Source: Laetmonice hystrix
Lineage: Eukaryota
Direction: 5' to 3'
Length of the DNA: 64,000 nt
NCBI GenBank assembly: GCA_965235115.1
Contig: OZ249440.1
Location: forward strand, 34,722,001 to 34,786,000
In this document: piece after piece, positions 34,530 to 47,783 of the stretch
Position numbering within the stretch: position 1 is the stretch's first letter
Layout: the number at the start of each line of letters is the position of its first letter
The notes under the pieces: model-generated
What the model was told of the DNA's origin: nothing
Database searches by the model: none
The model's input: only the letters and a program-made list of their open reading frames with translations
Position numbers and translations under genes: made by a program

Positions 34530-37425
34530 TTACAAACCTGATGCAATCTTCACTTTAATGAGAGGGAAGGCTCTCCAATTTCGTCCTGGGTCTTCCCTAG
34601 AGTTATATTGTTTTGTCGCATCGAACCCTGGTGGCCACCTCACATTCTCAGACGTTATCCAGTTTGACGGTACAGTTCCCTCCACATCTCTGTTCCCCTC
34701 ACGCCACACTGCCCTGCGTACATACTGTAAGAGACTAGAGGTACAAGAAATGAGTACTGGTAACTCATCATAGAGGAGTTTGGATTGAGTGATTTTCTTT
34801 AGGTGCACAGGGATCAGGCATAATTCATTCCAGTTACTTTGAGAATGTGCGGGATGTAGCCAGGATTATCTGAAGGGGGTGCAAGATCCGACAGCGCCAA
34901 GCCGCGCAACCGAGAATCGGCGCATTCATGCGCCAGCGCTAAGCCGAAAACTGACCGTATCGGACATAGCGGAGTTTGGGAAATGGGTGAGGGGAGTATA
35001 TTTAGTACAGAAGAGCCGTAGGCTCAGCAGGGTGCCGATAATTTAAGTAATCGTGAGTTCCCCTTGGATTCTTCTCAGATTAGCAATAAGGAACAACTAG
35101 CTTAACCAACAGGATTTTAAGTCATGTCTATATATACACATTTAAAACATCTCCTGTTTGCAGTGCTTACAACTTTATGTACGCTACTATGTCTTCACTG
35201 TCATTTAAGACCATGTAGACTAGGCAGCAACACATAGCCATCACCATAGGTCAAACAAACAACTTTCCGGTAGAGTTCTGAAGAATGAAGAAGTTTTTCT
35301 TCGTACTGTCCATAGCAGTAGTACTAATGTACACAATGTTCAACAATTTTGAGTCGCATGACTCTTTGAAGAAACTTTCAAGCCGGTTGACTCTGACAAC
35401 GTCACAAACGCAGTATCCATCTTCTCTTTTTTCACAAACGAACTGTTCTGTTCTCAGAAGGAAACAACTATCCTTCCGTCTGGATGAGTTAAGGATCTTT
35501 TTAGCAATGTCAGACCAGGAGTGATTTTAGAGTTTTTGTCAGAGCCTGGACTTCTGACTCTTTTATAGATGTGTTTTGGTGGTGTTCCCGTTGGGACCCG
35601 GGGCAAAATAGGTTCCTTTGGTTTTATGGTCTTATAACTCTGTTTTCGCCATGAAGATGGCCCCAGGGGCCGGTTTTACGTAAAACCGGCCCCTGATGCC
35701 GATACGGCGCAAAACCACCACTACTCACTCACTCACCATCTGTATGAGAGTTCGGGTACCGGCCATTTCGGCTTCACTCATTCTCTTGGCAACCTGTACA
35801 ATGGGATTACAGGAACTTCTGACATGTTTCTTTATCACTTGCAAACTGTTCTCAAATGGAAATGCCGACAGGTCATTGAGAGAACAATTAAAATTTTCCA
35901 CATCATCACACAAGTGAATAAGATTATGTTCATTGTATACATTAAAAGTGATCCCATAAATATCCGTGGACTTCCTTAAAAAACTCAAGCAGCTGCCGAG
36001 TGTATGGCAGGTAGTGATGCCGTTTGCCCTCATTGGAATCCAGAAGAATAGAAAGAGAGACTGTCAATGCCAGAAAATGGCTGTATACATCAGGAGGTAC
36101 AATTCCTTTTAACACTAGTGGACCTGTGTAAAGTAGAAATTGGCAATACTCAGTTGCCTTCCATCTTTCCAAATATTCCAAGGATTATCCTACGGAGGGT
36201 TCCTATGACATTCCAGAAGACTGCGTGTACAGTAGAAGGACGAGGTTGAGCTGGTCAACTATATGAAGTTTATCCCAGTAAGTTAGGTCACAATTTCTCC
36301 ATTGGTTTAACATAGTATCGTACGGAGGGTTCCTACGACATTCCAGAAGACTGCGTGTACAGCAGAAGGACGAGGTTGAGCTGGTCAACTATATGAAGTT
36401 TATTCCAGTTCACTTTCCAAGTCTTTGTACAAAGTTATAACACGAGTATATATAGAGAAAACCATTGTCAAACTGACCAATGATATACAACATAAAAATG
36501 CTGGCTCCCGATTGGCTAAACCATCACAGGGCAGGCCACTTTGGGGATTGTATATTGTTGTTAAAGACAAGTAAGTTGGCACTGGCAGACAGTCTAATGA
36601 GCAGTGATTACTGAGGCCGACATCCTGGCACTAGTGAGCTGCTTCACAGAGGTGGGAAACAATAGGTGAGAAAACGCCTGTATTACGGGTTCCCTGTGAT
36701 GAGCGACTCTGCCCCTATGACTGTACTGCCTTCATTAATAAAACAACCTCCCAAACGAAAGCTGGGGAAAACCATCAATGGAGAACATATGTCACCCAAG
36801 AGATTACATTGTTTGTAAACCTAAGATGCTGGTAGCAGACAATGAATACAAACTGAACATCTGAGAACGGTGGTTAAATCCTTAATGCACCACAACATGG
36901 TTGGTAAATGTCTATAATGAACATCTAATCTTTCTGGGTGTAAATCAAACGTATACAATTTACAACTAAACATAAGAATTGTCTCTGACATAAGTTGTCT
37001 GTCCATTTTTTTGGGCAAGAGTAGCCCATAGTGAAGCTTGGGGTACGATAGGATCGTGGCTGTCTGGCAAACTCTGAGGGCAACTGTCCACTAAGAGACA
37101 CAAGCTTCTCCAATATTCCAAAGTTGAACTGATAGTTTGCACGTTCTTGGACTATGTTTGAGGTGAGAAAGTAGTCTACGTACGACACCGAGACAAACCA
37201 AGTGCATGTAGTCCAGTACAAATCCTGTTACACAAGGAAATCTAATTCCAATCAGGGAGGTTACCCCAACTTGGTGATTTGGATAAGCCCTACTCAAAAA
37301 CTGGTCATCAGGTCTCTGTGGGAAACGCTGGTCAGACTCATACACTACTCAGCCATGACTGTATGATCCTTTAATTGTACATCGTTCACATGCAGCATAG
37401 CCAGTGTGCCCCTTTACACCTTTCA
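34530..37425 (-). mobile_element. Fragmented EnSpm/CACTA-like element (transposase pieces + accessory exon), interrupted by other insertions
   Basis: KGHTGY.ACERC, LDYMHLVCLGVVRRLL, LPSEFARQPR, WKATE..QFLLYTGP, YN.HNLIHL.DD...SAFPFEN; accessory AVW.EG...EGTVPSNWI....RWPP at 34530-34725. Confidence 0.82.
35489..35736 (+). mobile_element. 5'-truncated I/Nimb-like LINE 3' end carrying a palindromic micro-insertion
   Basis: Same 3' UTR and (CACT)n tail as the other copies; 32-bp palindrome at 35664-35695. Confidence 0.88.
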
Positions 37426-38402
37426 AAAAGGACCTGGTGGGTGCGTCACAGGTAAAATACTTGATGTTAATTTTGAGAGACATCCCCGGCGGCCCTCGCT
37501 CACGCCTACAGGCGGTAGGCCTGACGGGATCCCAATGGCAATGTTGACGGGGTACTGAGGCAACAAACTCAGATCGGGGAGATCGATCGCGGGGATGTAG
37601 TCTCTATGACAGTCATACTCATAGTCTATGTCTGGGACTCTGGCATTCAGTGCTGCACCATTGGTTGTAGTGTCCATTACAGTACCGTATAGTACTAGTA
37701 GTCTCAGACTTACCTCTCGCTGGACAGCTAAATGTCCAATTCCTAATTCCTCGGATAGCACCGATCCCCTCATACCAGGCCTGTTCGTACAATCCCTCTT
37801 CTTGCTCCAACACCGGCAGGCTGCCGTACAAAATCGGCCAGCTATCAAACAGAGGCAGGCACCTCTCTTGTCCGCATCCTTACGGTCGCAGATGTTTCCA
37901 CATGTGCAACTTTAGCAAAAAGAGCCCGCTTCGATTTTCTCAACGACGCCATGCTTTCACTTGGCCCTACTAGGCCACGTGTGCTTTATAAGGTCAAGGA
38001 CATATAGGCGTAGTAATATCAAGTATTCAAAATATAGTTGTTTTCTTTTTGATATATTAGGTGACAAGATAATAACCGATTTGATTTCTAATTGTATTAC
38101 AATACTATAAATATCTACAAGCCTAAAATCTTAATTGATGTTTACAAATTCAAATTGGTACGGTCCTGACGGTGGAATATATTTTTGGCGGACGTTTACG
38201 AATTCCAGTGCAGATGTTCAGACAACCAGTTCAGGCAGCGGGCCGGTCTATTTCTAGATCTCGTGACGACACGTATCGGGCCACAGAGATTTTCAGACTG
38301 GCTCAGCCGGAGCTCAATACATGCGACCTTTAAGTTTCCTAATGACTTGGTTGTCAAAGACCTCCTCACCACAATGAAGGAAGTCGTCAATGTGACTTAC
38401 AA

Positions 38403-38628
38403 TTAACCCAACCAAGCGACCGTCTTTCTTAAGTAAGAACAACGCTGGATCCAAGGATCCAACGATGACTGTGTACATCCCAGCTTAGTCAGCTCCTGCA
38501 CTACACTGACAAAAAATTGATGCGCAGCATCATTGAGGCCGTACAGACACCGGTGGAGTTTCCATAGGGTTCCCCCTGCCACCTTGGCCTCTTTCAGAGG
38601 CACGATATAGACGTCCCGATCAAGACAC
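38403..38628 (-). pseudogene. Copia-type RT fragment
   Basis: LDRDVYIVP..EA.....LWKL.RCLYGLNDAA.QFF....QEL.KLGC.QS.LDP. Confidence 0.8.
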
Positions 38629-38629
38629 C

Positions 38630-39898
38630 TACCCTGAAGAAAAGCTGACTTGACATCGGTAGCTTTTACCGTCCAACCTTTTGTGGACGCAATACATGTT
38701 GTATATCACCCTCCAATGGTAATCCGCCTGAATCTTTAAAAAATCGACTCTTAAGGCCATATCATTCAATTTGAATCTTGACAAAAACTCGGCTTCAGGT
38801 ATCTTGCAACTTGTGGTATATAATTCAATTCCGTAAACTTGTTCACCATCGCACCTGGGGGTAGGCAAGCAAATAAGGCAACCTTTGTTCCCTTCTTCAC
38901 AACTACTACTTGAACGTATGTGTCATTGATTAGTCCCACACAAGTCCTCTCTCCACTGGCCTTACTTTTTTTTTGTAGCGTTGTTACCCTTCTGATGTAG
39001 CGTAAAATCGACAGGTATTGGATCGACCTGGCCTATTGTACCTTCAGGCAGTGTATTATCCACAACACACCCTACAATTGTCTCCGCTCTCGGATCTAAA
39101 GCGATCTTTTTCGAGGTATATAGTCGACTATATGGCTTAATATGCACGGAAACGGCTTGAACCAATGTTAACAGAAATGAAAATTTTACCTTTTAACTGT
39201 GCCCGTTTTGCACCATCAGCTGATACATTCTTTCATCATGGAAATTGGAAACTGTACCTTCTGCGGCAGTAGGCGAAGATCTACCACACCTAGCTAGTTT
39301 TTTAATGTCCATGGTATCCGTTTTTCCGCCCGTCCCACCGGGACTGTCTGCTGTAGGCGCCCGTTCCTCAAGGTCATAATGGTTGGCCTTGGATGGGTGC
39401 CCTACCATAAGACTGTTGCCTGAACTCCATCGGTTCTTTGTGTCCTTCCATAAGCGGTCCTCTGGTATCTCGGTATCGTTGTTTCGGCAGTTCAGCTGCT
39501 AGGGTCGGTCCGCGGTCCCACTAGTTGGATGCATACCTCAGGGTTGGCGTCTCTCTGGATGAATAGTGGCCAGTTTTGGGAGGGAATAATATGAGTCCCT
39601 GATGTGTCTGCTCTAAGGCATCTCCCAAATCTTGAATCACAGTGTTATTCACCCAACGGTAAACTGCATCGGGTAGACCCACCGTAAACTTCTGTAAGAC
39701 TTCTTTCTGGGTCTTGCCTAATCTCGTCCCCAGATCCTCCAGCCTATCTGCATAAGTTCCCAAGTCATTGAACATGTGGAATCGAATATTGGCGAACTCC
39801 TCTTCAATCTTGTGTCTGTCGGTCGCCCCTTGGTGACATCTGATAAAAGCGTCTTTTAACAGCATAAAATCTCCTTTTGCTTGGAGAACACAAGTCAT
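38630..39898 (-). pseudogene. Gypsy gag and post-protease pol fragments
   Basis: F..LKDAF...EEEF..I......YADRLEDLG.RLGK..KEVLQKF.VGLP; downstream I.LDPRAETIV..V and V.LINDT...VV.KKG.KVA segments. Confidence 0.65.
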
Positions 39899-40129
39899 AT
39901 TGTTGTCCCACCTATTTCTTTGGCGAATTTAAATGGCAAATTAGACAGGAGTGTGGCGTCACGCTTAGAGGTGTTAATGTAACATCATATAGCCTTAAGT
40001 CTAACAATGACCCAACAGTGGTTGGGTCGTTGTTAAAGGAAATTTAAACGTAATGAACAATGTATAATTTGTAAATGCAAACACGGGTTTGACGTTGGAA
40101 TAATAGGAGGTATGTGGAAAAGCCAAGTG

Positions 40130-40790
40130 AAATAAAGGGTAATGGTGTTGTAGTGTCAAGGGCGCGTTGTGCAAATTGTGTGTGCTTCAAATCCGCGGAA
40201 GTTGACCTTGCCCAGTCATGTAATTTGATGAGTGATTTGTTGAAATGTTGGGCTGTTCTCAATACTGGGTGCACCAAATTATCAAATCTGGAGTTTGTTG
40301 TCTTCAAGTAGCTATCAAGAGCGTTTGCTTGGTTGCCTGAATTTTAGAATGACTTTTGTAGATTTTTCTGAAGGACTTGAACGTGTCTAACTAACACATC
40401 AAGGTCCTTTTGTCTGACGGTGTCAAAAAGTGAGTGGCTCAAGTCGCCGACAAAGTCAAACGGTGCCCACCTGTGTCTGTTACCATCAAACGAAGCGGCC
40501 GGTAATATATGTTTAAAGGCCCGACTTCCCTCCCTGATGTTAGTCAGTGAGGTGCAGTCTTGGTGTACCTGTACTCTCTTGATTTGGGGTGGAGGTGGGA
40601 TATGAGTAGGTATGAATTGCGGTTAGACAGTGATAGGCTTTTACCTAATCGGTGGGAGTGGTCAGCTCCCCCCAACTGACGTCCTCGGGTGTGAATTCGA
40701 GCACCCAAGTCTGATCGCCTAGATGATACTGTATGTGGGCTAGGAGTGCACTTCGTGCTAATCGAGACATTGTTGAACAAGGATAGAATG
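40130..40790 (-). pseudogene. env: Env (F-like) N-terminal fragment with degenerate furin site and fusion peptide
   Basis: Minus-strand RHRWAPFDFVGDLSHSLFDTV (RxxR-APFxFVGxLxxSLFGT-like) followed by a heptad-like stretch. Confidence 0.6.
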
Positions 40791-40999
40791 ATGGATTCGA
40801 CCATGCTATTACATTACATAATTTCATGCAATATGCCCTCACACCTATCTTTATGTGCATCCATGAATGAGACAGTTACATTGACCTGTTCTTTGTTGAT
40901 AATCCCATAAAAGATAAGTTAGATATCTTATATAATGGCAGCTTAATTGTAGGGTCGAGGATAACATTGGCCTGCTATATCAGTCCAGTTAACCCATAT

Positions 41000-41342
41000 A
41001 TGAACCCATGTGTTTTTATTGAAGGGGAAGCCACTTCCGGAATGTTATGGCTGTCAGTGTCCTTTGACACTGAAGCATCTTTTACTTGAGTGTGGTGATT
41101 TTACTCTAATCAGACAACGGTTTTATAATGAGACGAGTCTTTTTAGCAATATCAGACCAGGAGTGATTTTAGAGTTCTTGTCAGAGGCTGGACTTCTGAC
41201 TCTTTTATAGATGTGTTTTGGTGGTGTTCCCGTTGGGACCCGGGATAAAATAGGTTCCTTTGGTTTTATGGTCTTATAACTCTGTTTTCGCCGTGGCCGA
41301 CACAGCGCAAAACCACCACTACTCACTCACTCACTCACTCAC
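41000..41342 (+). mobile_element. 5'-truncated I/Nimb-like LINE 3' end
   Basis: P.CYGCQCPLTLKHLLLEC end of ORF2, 3' UTR with a small deletion, (CACT)n tail. Confidence 0.9.
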
Positions 41343-41809
41343 CGCCACAGACGTTATAAGGGTCGCATACGAAGTCGGACACCCATCCTCGCTGCGGGGC
41401 ATCCCTTCTGACTGAACCGAGTTCACTAGACTTGGTGGGCAAACGTCTGACACTAGAGAGTTTTAGCAGACAGCACGCATCCGAGAACACTAATGTAAAC
41501 GTATCGTTGTTGCGTGGCAGTCAACATACATCGGGCTGACCAAAATGAGTTTTAGCTGATACTACTCACGGTATTGGGGCAGTTACTGTAATGTAAACCT
41601 ATATTTTAAGCAGAAATTAGGTTTGAATTACTTTAGACAAATACTAACACCAACAGAGGTGTGAGGTTATGCATCATCTCGAAGAAATTATCATTTTCAT
41701 GTTTCACATGCATGGAAAGCAGGTGTCGCGTAATCAGATCTCCGCCGGTCTCACACGGCAATACATCTGCCCTGACCTGACCTGACTTTCACAGGATCTC
41801 CATCCATTG

Positions 41810-44800
41810 TCAACTCGGGGTCAAGATGGAAAGCACGCAGTTTGCAAAAGTGCATGCAGACCGTTTTAGATTTGGAAAACTTAAAACCATTTTCCACCGA
41901 CCAAGCATGGATTCTATTAAGACAGAGTTAGAGTTGTCTTTCAATGGCATTCATGTTTTTACCTCTGCAGCAGACGTTAAAGTCATCAGCGAACAGGCTG
42001 CAGGGCATGCCAGTTTTAACAGAGTTAACAATGCTGTTGATCTTAAGACTAAAAAGGGTAACAGACAAAATGCTTCCCTGAGGCACACCTAATTCCTGGT
42101 CATGCAACTCAGAGAGGGCAGTGCCTACTCTGACTTGAAAATGTCTGTTGGATAAAAACTGAGATATGAAAGTGGGCAAACGCCCCTTAAAACCCATGTC
42201 ATGTAAATCTTTTAGAATGCCGTACTTCCATGTTGTGCCGTATGCCTTTTCAAGGTCAAAAAAGACGGCAACAACATGTTCACGGTTGATAAAAGCATCT
42301 CGGATGTATGTCTCAAGTCTGATCAGATGATCCAGAGTACTTCTCCCTCGCCAGAAGCCACACTGAAAAATCAGTGATGAGTTTTTCAGATTCGAGCTTC
42401 CAGACGAGGCGATCATTGATCATTCTCTCCATGGTTTTGCACAGGCAACTTGTTAAGGCTATTGGTCTGTAATTGTTAGCTTCACTATGGTCTTTTCCTG
42501 GTTTTGGGATGGGGATGATTATTGCTTCTTGCCAGGAAAGGGGTACATTACCAGATATCCAGATATTGTTGAAAATGTGAAGAAGAATGAGAATGGTGGT
42601 GTCAGGTAGATGTTTTAAGAATTGGTAATGTATTTTGTCAGGTCCAACTGCAGTGTCATGTGATTTTTTAAGAGAGCATTCGAGTTCTTCAATGGAAAAC
42701 AGGTGGTTATACTCTTCTGTGTTGTCAGAGTGGAAATTTAGTTTTTGTTTCTCTTTTCGAGCACGGATGGCTTGGAATTGAGGGAGGCAGTTCCCGGAGG
42801 AGGAGTTTGTTTCAAAGGTTTTGGCCAGTTTATTTGCCATTTCATCTGTGGTGGTTAGTAGGGTGTCTTGGTGTTTTAAATGTTAAAGGCAAGGGAACTA
42901 CCTCCCTTGCCTTTAAGTTTCCGTATCATGTTCCAGACTTTTTTGATAGGAGTACAAGAGGTCAGGCTGGAGACATAGTCTCTCCAGCTCTGCCTCCGTC
43001 TCTCTTTACAGATACGTCGTGCCCTTGCTCTCATGATTTTAAAGCTGGTAAGGTTCACTGCAGTTGGGTGCCTGTTAAAAAGGCGTTCTGCTTTCTTCCG
43101 GTCTTTAATTGCCTGTTTGCAGTCATCATTAAACCATGGATTTGAGACATGTTTAGGAATTGTCGAGGTTTTAGGAACCGTCCTGTCTGCAATGGAGATT
43201 AAAAGCGAGGTAAAATCATCCATTGCTCCAGGATCGTTAATGTTGTCTGCTCAGAATTCCTCCCGACAGAGGGCCTGGAAGGAGTGCCAGTCGGCTTTCT
43301 TAAGTTGCCACCTTTGTTGTTTTTGCCCTAAGCTGGGTCCTTCGTATGTAAGGATGGTGGGAAAATGGTCACTCCCGCAAAGGTCGTCCAAGACACTCCA
43401 GGAGAAATCCAGCAGCAGATCTGGTTTGGCTATTGCAAGGTCAATGGCTGTATAGGTGCCATGACCAGGATGTAGGTATGTGTTTGAACCATCATTAAAA
43501 ATGCATAGAGCATGATTATCAATGAACTCTTCAATCCTCTTGCCCTTGCCATCAGTTGTGGTGCCACCCCATAAGGGATTGTGGCCATTAAAATCTCCCA
43601 AAAGGAGATACGGAGTTGGCAGTTCACCCACTAAATCATCAAGATCCTGGTGGGCCAAGTTACTGTTTGGGGGAATGTATATGGAGCAGACAGTGATGGC
43701 TTTATGTAGAGTTAGGCGTATGGCTATTGCTTGTAATGGTGTGTTTATTGTAATAGGGCTACATATGGATGAGGTCTTGTCGAACCAGAATGGCAGTGCC
43801 GCCAGCAGCACGGTCACCATCTGGTGCAAAACCAAAGAAAGTCTGATAGCCCTTAAATGAGACCTTGTCTCGGGCAGTAAGAAATGTTTCTTGTAGGCAA
43901 AGGGCAAGAGGATTGAGGTTTTCTGCTAAAAGTCTGAGCTCATTAAAATTGGCTCTAAAACCTCGACAATTCCATTGAAGGAAGCATTTGCCTGCCTTCA
44001 AGGTGGTTTAACAGGCAAACGCCCCCTAGATTTTATTTTGGGGGAAAGGCTAGTCGTAGCATCAGCCATTTCAACATCTTGAAGATACTGAAATTTGTTT
44101 GTAAGTGCTATTGCACTATTGTTGGAGGCTGCCTTGGGCAGCCGATCTGTCATTATTTTCTTTTTTGGTTGATCTTTTTTTGTAGATGTATCTTTAGTAC
44201 TTGGTTGATCTTTTTTCGGAGATGGTTCTTTGGTACTCGGCCCGGCCTGTGGAGGAGGAACCGAGGTTGTCTGGCTCTGTGTTGAGGTTTTTTTTGGTGG
44301 CTGACTTGAGACGGCTTTCTTAGGTGGTTCATTTGTGCTGTCAGCGGGATCAGGGTAGGTCACAGGTTTGTCTCCCTTGACCCACACCATCTCCGTTTGA
44401 CAAGCGAAAGTCCGTGTGGTAGGCTTAACAGCGGCAGCATAGGTTTTAACTGTTGGTGGAAGCAAATATTGCTCCACCAATTTGCGTGCCTCAGGGGAAC
44501 TAAGTTTTCTCTCTGTTTTAACCTTTAGGATTTCTTTCTCCTTTTTCCACACGGAGCATTCGCGTGAAACAGTGGAATGACCTTGCCCGCAGTTGGCACA
44601 TTTAGCAGGCTTTTCCCAGCTTGTATGGTCATGTCCTGTTTCAGCGCACTGAGAACATTTTTGTTCATTCCTCCGTTGGGTTAGGCCATGATGATACCTT
44701 TGGTTTACGATGGGACTGATCTGATACAACTTATTGTTTGGTTGTTCATCCCATTTGGCCTGCCATTTATTTTTAACATAAGCCCAGATGGTAGGTCTGA

Positions 44801-44890
44801 GGTCAGAGGCTGGGATTGGACACAATTCGACGTCTGTTTCAAGCGCTCTCTTGGCAGTTCTGTCGGCTTGCTCATTGCCCGGTATGCCAA
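41810..44890 (-). mobile_element. Rearranged I/Nimb-like LINE: RNase H C-terminal piece, ORF1 zinc-knuckle end, APE, RT (3'-truncated)
   Basis: C..C...GH and C.NC...H knuckles; LQWNCRG, LCLQET, LLGDFNGHNPLWG, GSDHFP; NYRPIALTSCLCK, FFDLEKAY, GVPQGSILS, LFADD. Confidence 0.9.
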
Positions 44891-46220
44891 GACTAGTCTG
44901 TGGTAATTATAGAGGAATATCCGTAATGGACAGCCTAGCCAAGATATACGATACCGTGATTTGCAGGCGACTGGAACTATGGACACCTATCGACAAGGGC
45001 CAAGCTGGGGCACCAAAAGGCAGGGGGTGTATTGAGCAAATTTTCACCCTTAGACTCTTAATAGACTTCTGTAAGGCAAAGAACAAAGTAATGTACATTT
45101 TATTTGTCGATTTTTGCAAAGCTTACGACAAGGTTCCCAGGCAGAAAATTATTCAGCGACTGAAGTCACGTGGCTGCGGTCGCGTAATGCTGACAGCTAT
45201 CGCAGCTATGTATAAATGTACAAAATATGTACTACGCAGTGCCACAATCTCTGCTTCCATAAGAGTACGGCAAGGAGCGCCAACCAGCTGTCTGCTCTTC
45301 ACTATATACATTGATAACCTCATGCGAAAATTAAAGGGAGTCTGTGGAAGTGACGGGTATCTGGGGGAGCTACACACATTACTCCTCATGGACGATACTG
45401 CTATATTAGCCACTTCAAGGACAAAATGTTTAACAAAGCTTGAAGCCTTATTAGAGTTTTGTAGGGAGTCAGGTGTGGAAGTCAACCATAAGAAAACAAA
45501 GTTCATGGTAATAAACGGAGCAGAAGTAGACATGCAGCCGCTGAAAAGTAATGGCATACAGATTAGTTACACTAAACACTATGTATATTTAGGCGCCCAC
45601 TTCATGGATGACTTGAAAATGGCTACTGTCATGGCTGAGGAGGCAAAGAGCGCCATGAAACATATAAATAAATTTTCAATGTTCACCAAAAAAAAGGTTC
45701 GCATACCATACTATGTAAAGAAAAAGATGCTGGACGCAGCATTGGTCATCAAAAAGAAGTCATCAAAAAGAGAAGTCATCAAAAGTAGCAACCTACTTGA
45801 CAATAAATCCAAACCTAGAGGTACATCCAGTCTATAGTGCACGTCATGCAATACCTGATGAGAAGCGCGTCGAATTCTCAAAGTTTAGACTGTCACCCCA
45901 TAGGCTAAGGATCGAAACAGGACGTGATAGGCGTACGTGCCCATGTGATGACTTGTCAGTGCAAGATGAGCGACATGTACTCCTTGAATGCCCCGTAACA
46001 GCTGAACTGAGACAAACTTATAATGTAACTGAACAGGAAGAAATCCATGATATTTTCAAGCGGGAAGCATCACAGCTATGTGTCATGATACAAAACATTC
46101 TGTTAAGATATCGGTTGTAGTAATAAGATTGGACATAGATATGTACAAGATGTTATCAATTAACCAGAATACTTACATGTGCGAATATATATGTCAATAA
46201 ATACAATACAATACAATACC
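44891..46220 (+). mobile_element. 5'-truncated, internally deleted RTEX/CR1-like LINE
   Basis: GNYRGISVMD, FVDFCKAYD, QGAPTSCLLF, LLLMDDT, FRLSPHRLRIETGR..C.C...QDERHVLLEC; AATAAA + (TACAA)n tail at 46197-46220. Confidence 0.88.
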
Positions 46221-46239
46221 AGAAGGGCTGGTGGGATTG

Positions 46240-47640
46240 TGGTCTATAAGTATGAGGTGGCAAAGTAGGAACAGTGCAGTCAGTCGAAAGTCGTGCGTCA
46301 ATCAAGTGGGGTTCCACAGATAAAACTTGTAATGGAAATGTGACTTGGTCGAACTTGTCTACAAATTGCCGGTAATAACTGGCGAGCCTCTGTTTGTGGT
46401 AATGGCCAGTCTACGATGGCGCAGACCTTGTCTGTATCTGGTTCCACTCCTGCGGCCGACACTGTCTAACCTAAATACCGAATCCTCTCCATTCCCAACG
46501 AGCACTTTTCCGGCTTGACTTTCAAGCCGTGCTCCTGAAGTCTGGTAAGGACCATATCCAACCGGGTCAGCATTTCCTTAAACGTGGCCCCAAACACCAA
46601 AATGTCATCGAGGAAATTTAGCAGGGTCTGGATCTCCAAATATGTGATCCATGAGACGAATAAACGTTCCTGGGGCGTTGTACAATCCCATGGGCATCCT
46701 CTCAATTGGTAAAGCCTGCCCGTGCCCGATCGAAATGCCGTTTTGTGTTTGTTCTCCTCTGCTACCCGGATCTGGAAGAATCCGTGGGCCAAGTCGATGC
46801 TTGCAAAGTATTTGGCACCACGCAAGGCCTGGAGAGCATCTGGATGCGGGGTACGGGGTGTGCGTCTTTCACAGTCTTTCAATTTAGAAGGCGGTAGTCA
46901 ATACATAACCGAAGTTTGCCTGAAGGCTTCCTGACCAACACTATTGGTGATGCATATGATGCAGCTTTTTGATTCACGGATGATTCCTCTATCCAGCGCC
47001 AACTTGAGGAAATCCTGTACCTCAATTGGTTGGGCGGCACACTCCGATGTGGGATTCTCACTGGCTGATCGTCAGTCGTCTTGATTTGATGAGTCACGGT
47101 TGAACAGTCTACAATATCCTCCTCATCTCGGGAGAACATTCCCTGATGTTTCCTAATCACTTGGATCAAATCTCGCCTCTTATCCGGTGCGATCCTAGGG
47201 GAAATGTCCATGCGCTTCACTAAGTTGTCGAGGACGGTAGCGCCCCCTATGCCACCTACTCCCGGCTCGTCCCCCCGTGCCCTCCTGACCTCCCTCGCTC
47301 AGGCGGTCCACCTCCACAACTGGTGTACTTGGATCCCCTGAAGGTATATATCCCGATCCGAACAGTTCACCACTTGCAACGGGACACGTCCTGAGCAGGA
47401 AATGGTAGAGCACGTGTAGCCAACTGCCAAGCCACTTGGAAGACCAGGCAGTGTGTAACTTGAATGACTAATCATCACTGTGATTTCCTGGCCCGATGCA
47501 CAACATGTGCCATCTATTTTGATAGCAGTTCTAGCAGACATAACACGTGGGCCAGGCCCAGCTGCACGCACAACTGCGGGCCATGTTCCCTCACTACGCT
47601 TTGCTACCTGAGCTTCCTCATACAAAGCAAGGACATGCTT
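46240..47640 (-). pseudogene. Gypsy pol fragment (linker + RT), frameshifted
   Basis: YASPIVLVRK..GKLRLCIDYRLLN, GAKYFASIDLAHGFFQI, FLDDILVFG, GLKVKPEKC, YYRQFV. Confidence 0.88.
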
Positions 47641-47655
47641 CCACCTCTGCCACTC

Positions 47656-47783
47656 TGTTCCCGTTGGGACCCGGGATAAAATAGGTTCCTTTAGTTTTAT
47701 GGTCTTATAACTCTGTTTTCGCCGTGAAGATGGCCCCCGGATGCCGACACGGCGCAAAACCACCACTACTCACTCACTCACTC
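47656..47783 (+). mobile_element. I/Nimb-like LINE 3' UTR fragment
   Basis: TTCCCGTTGGGACCCGGG...AAAACCACCACTA(CTCA)n. Confidence 0.88.

Noticed and set aside
44788..45837. Single 349-aa gene
   Set aside because: Chimeric: the first ~35 codons are antisense I/Nimb sequence abutting the truncated RT at ~44891
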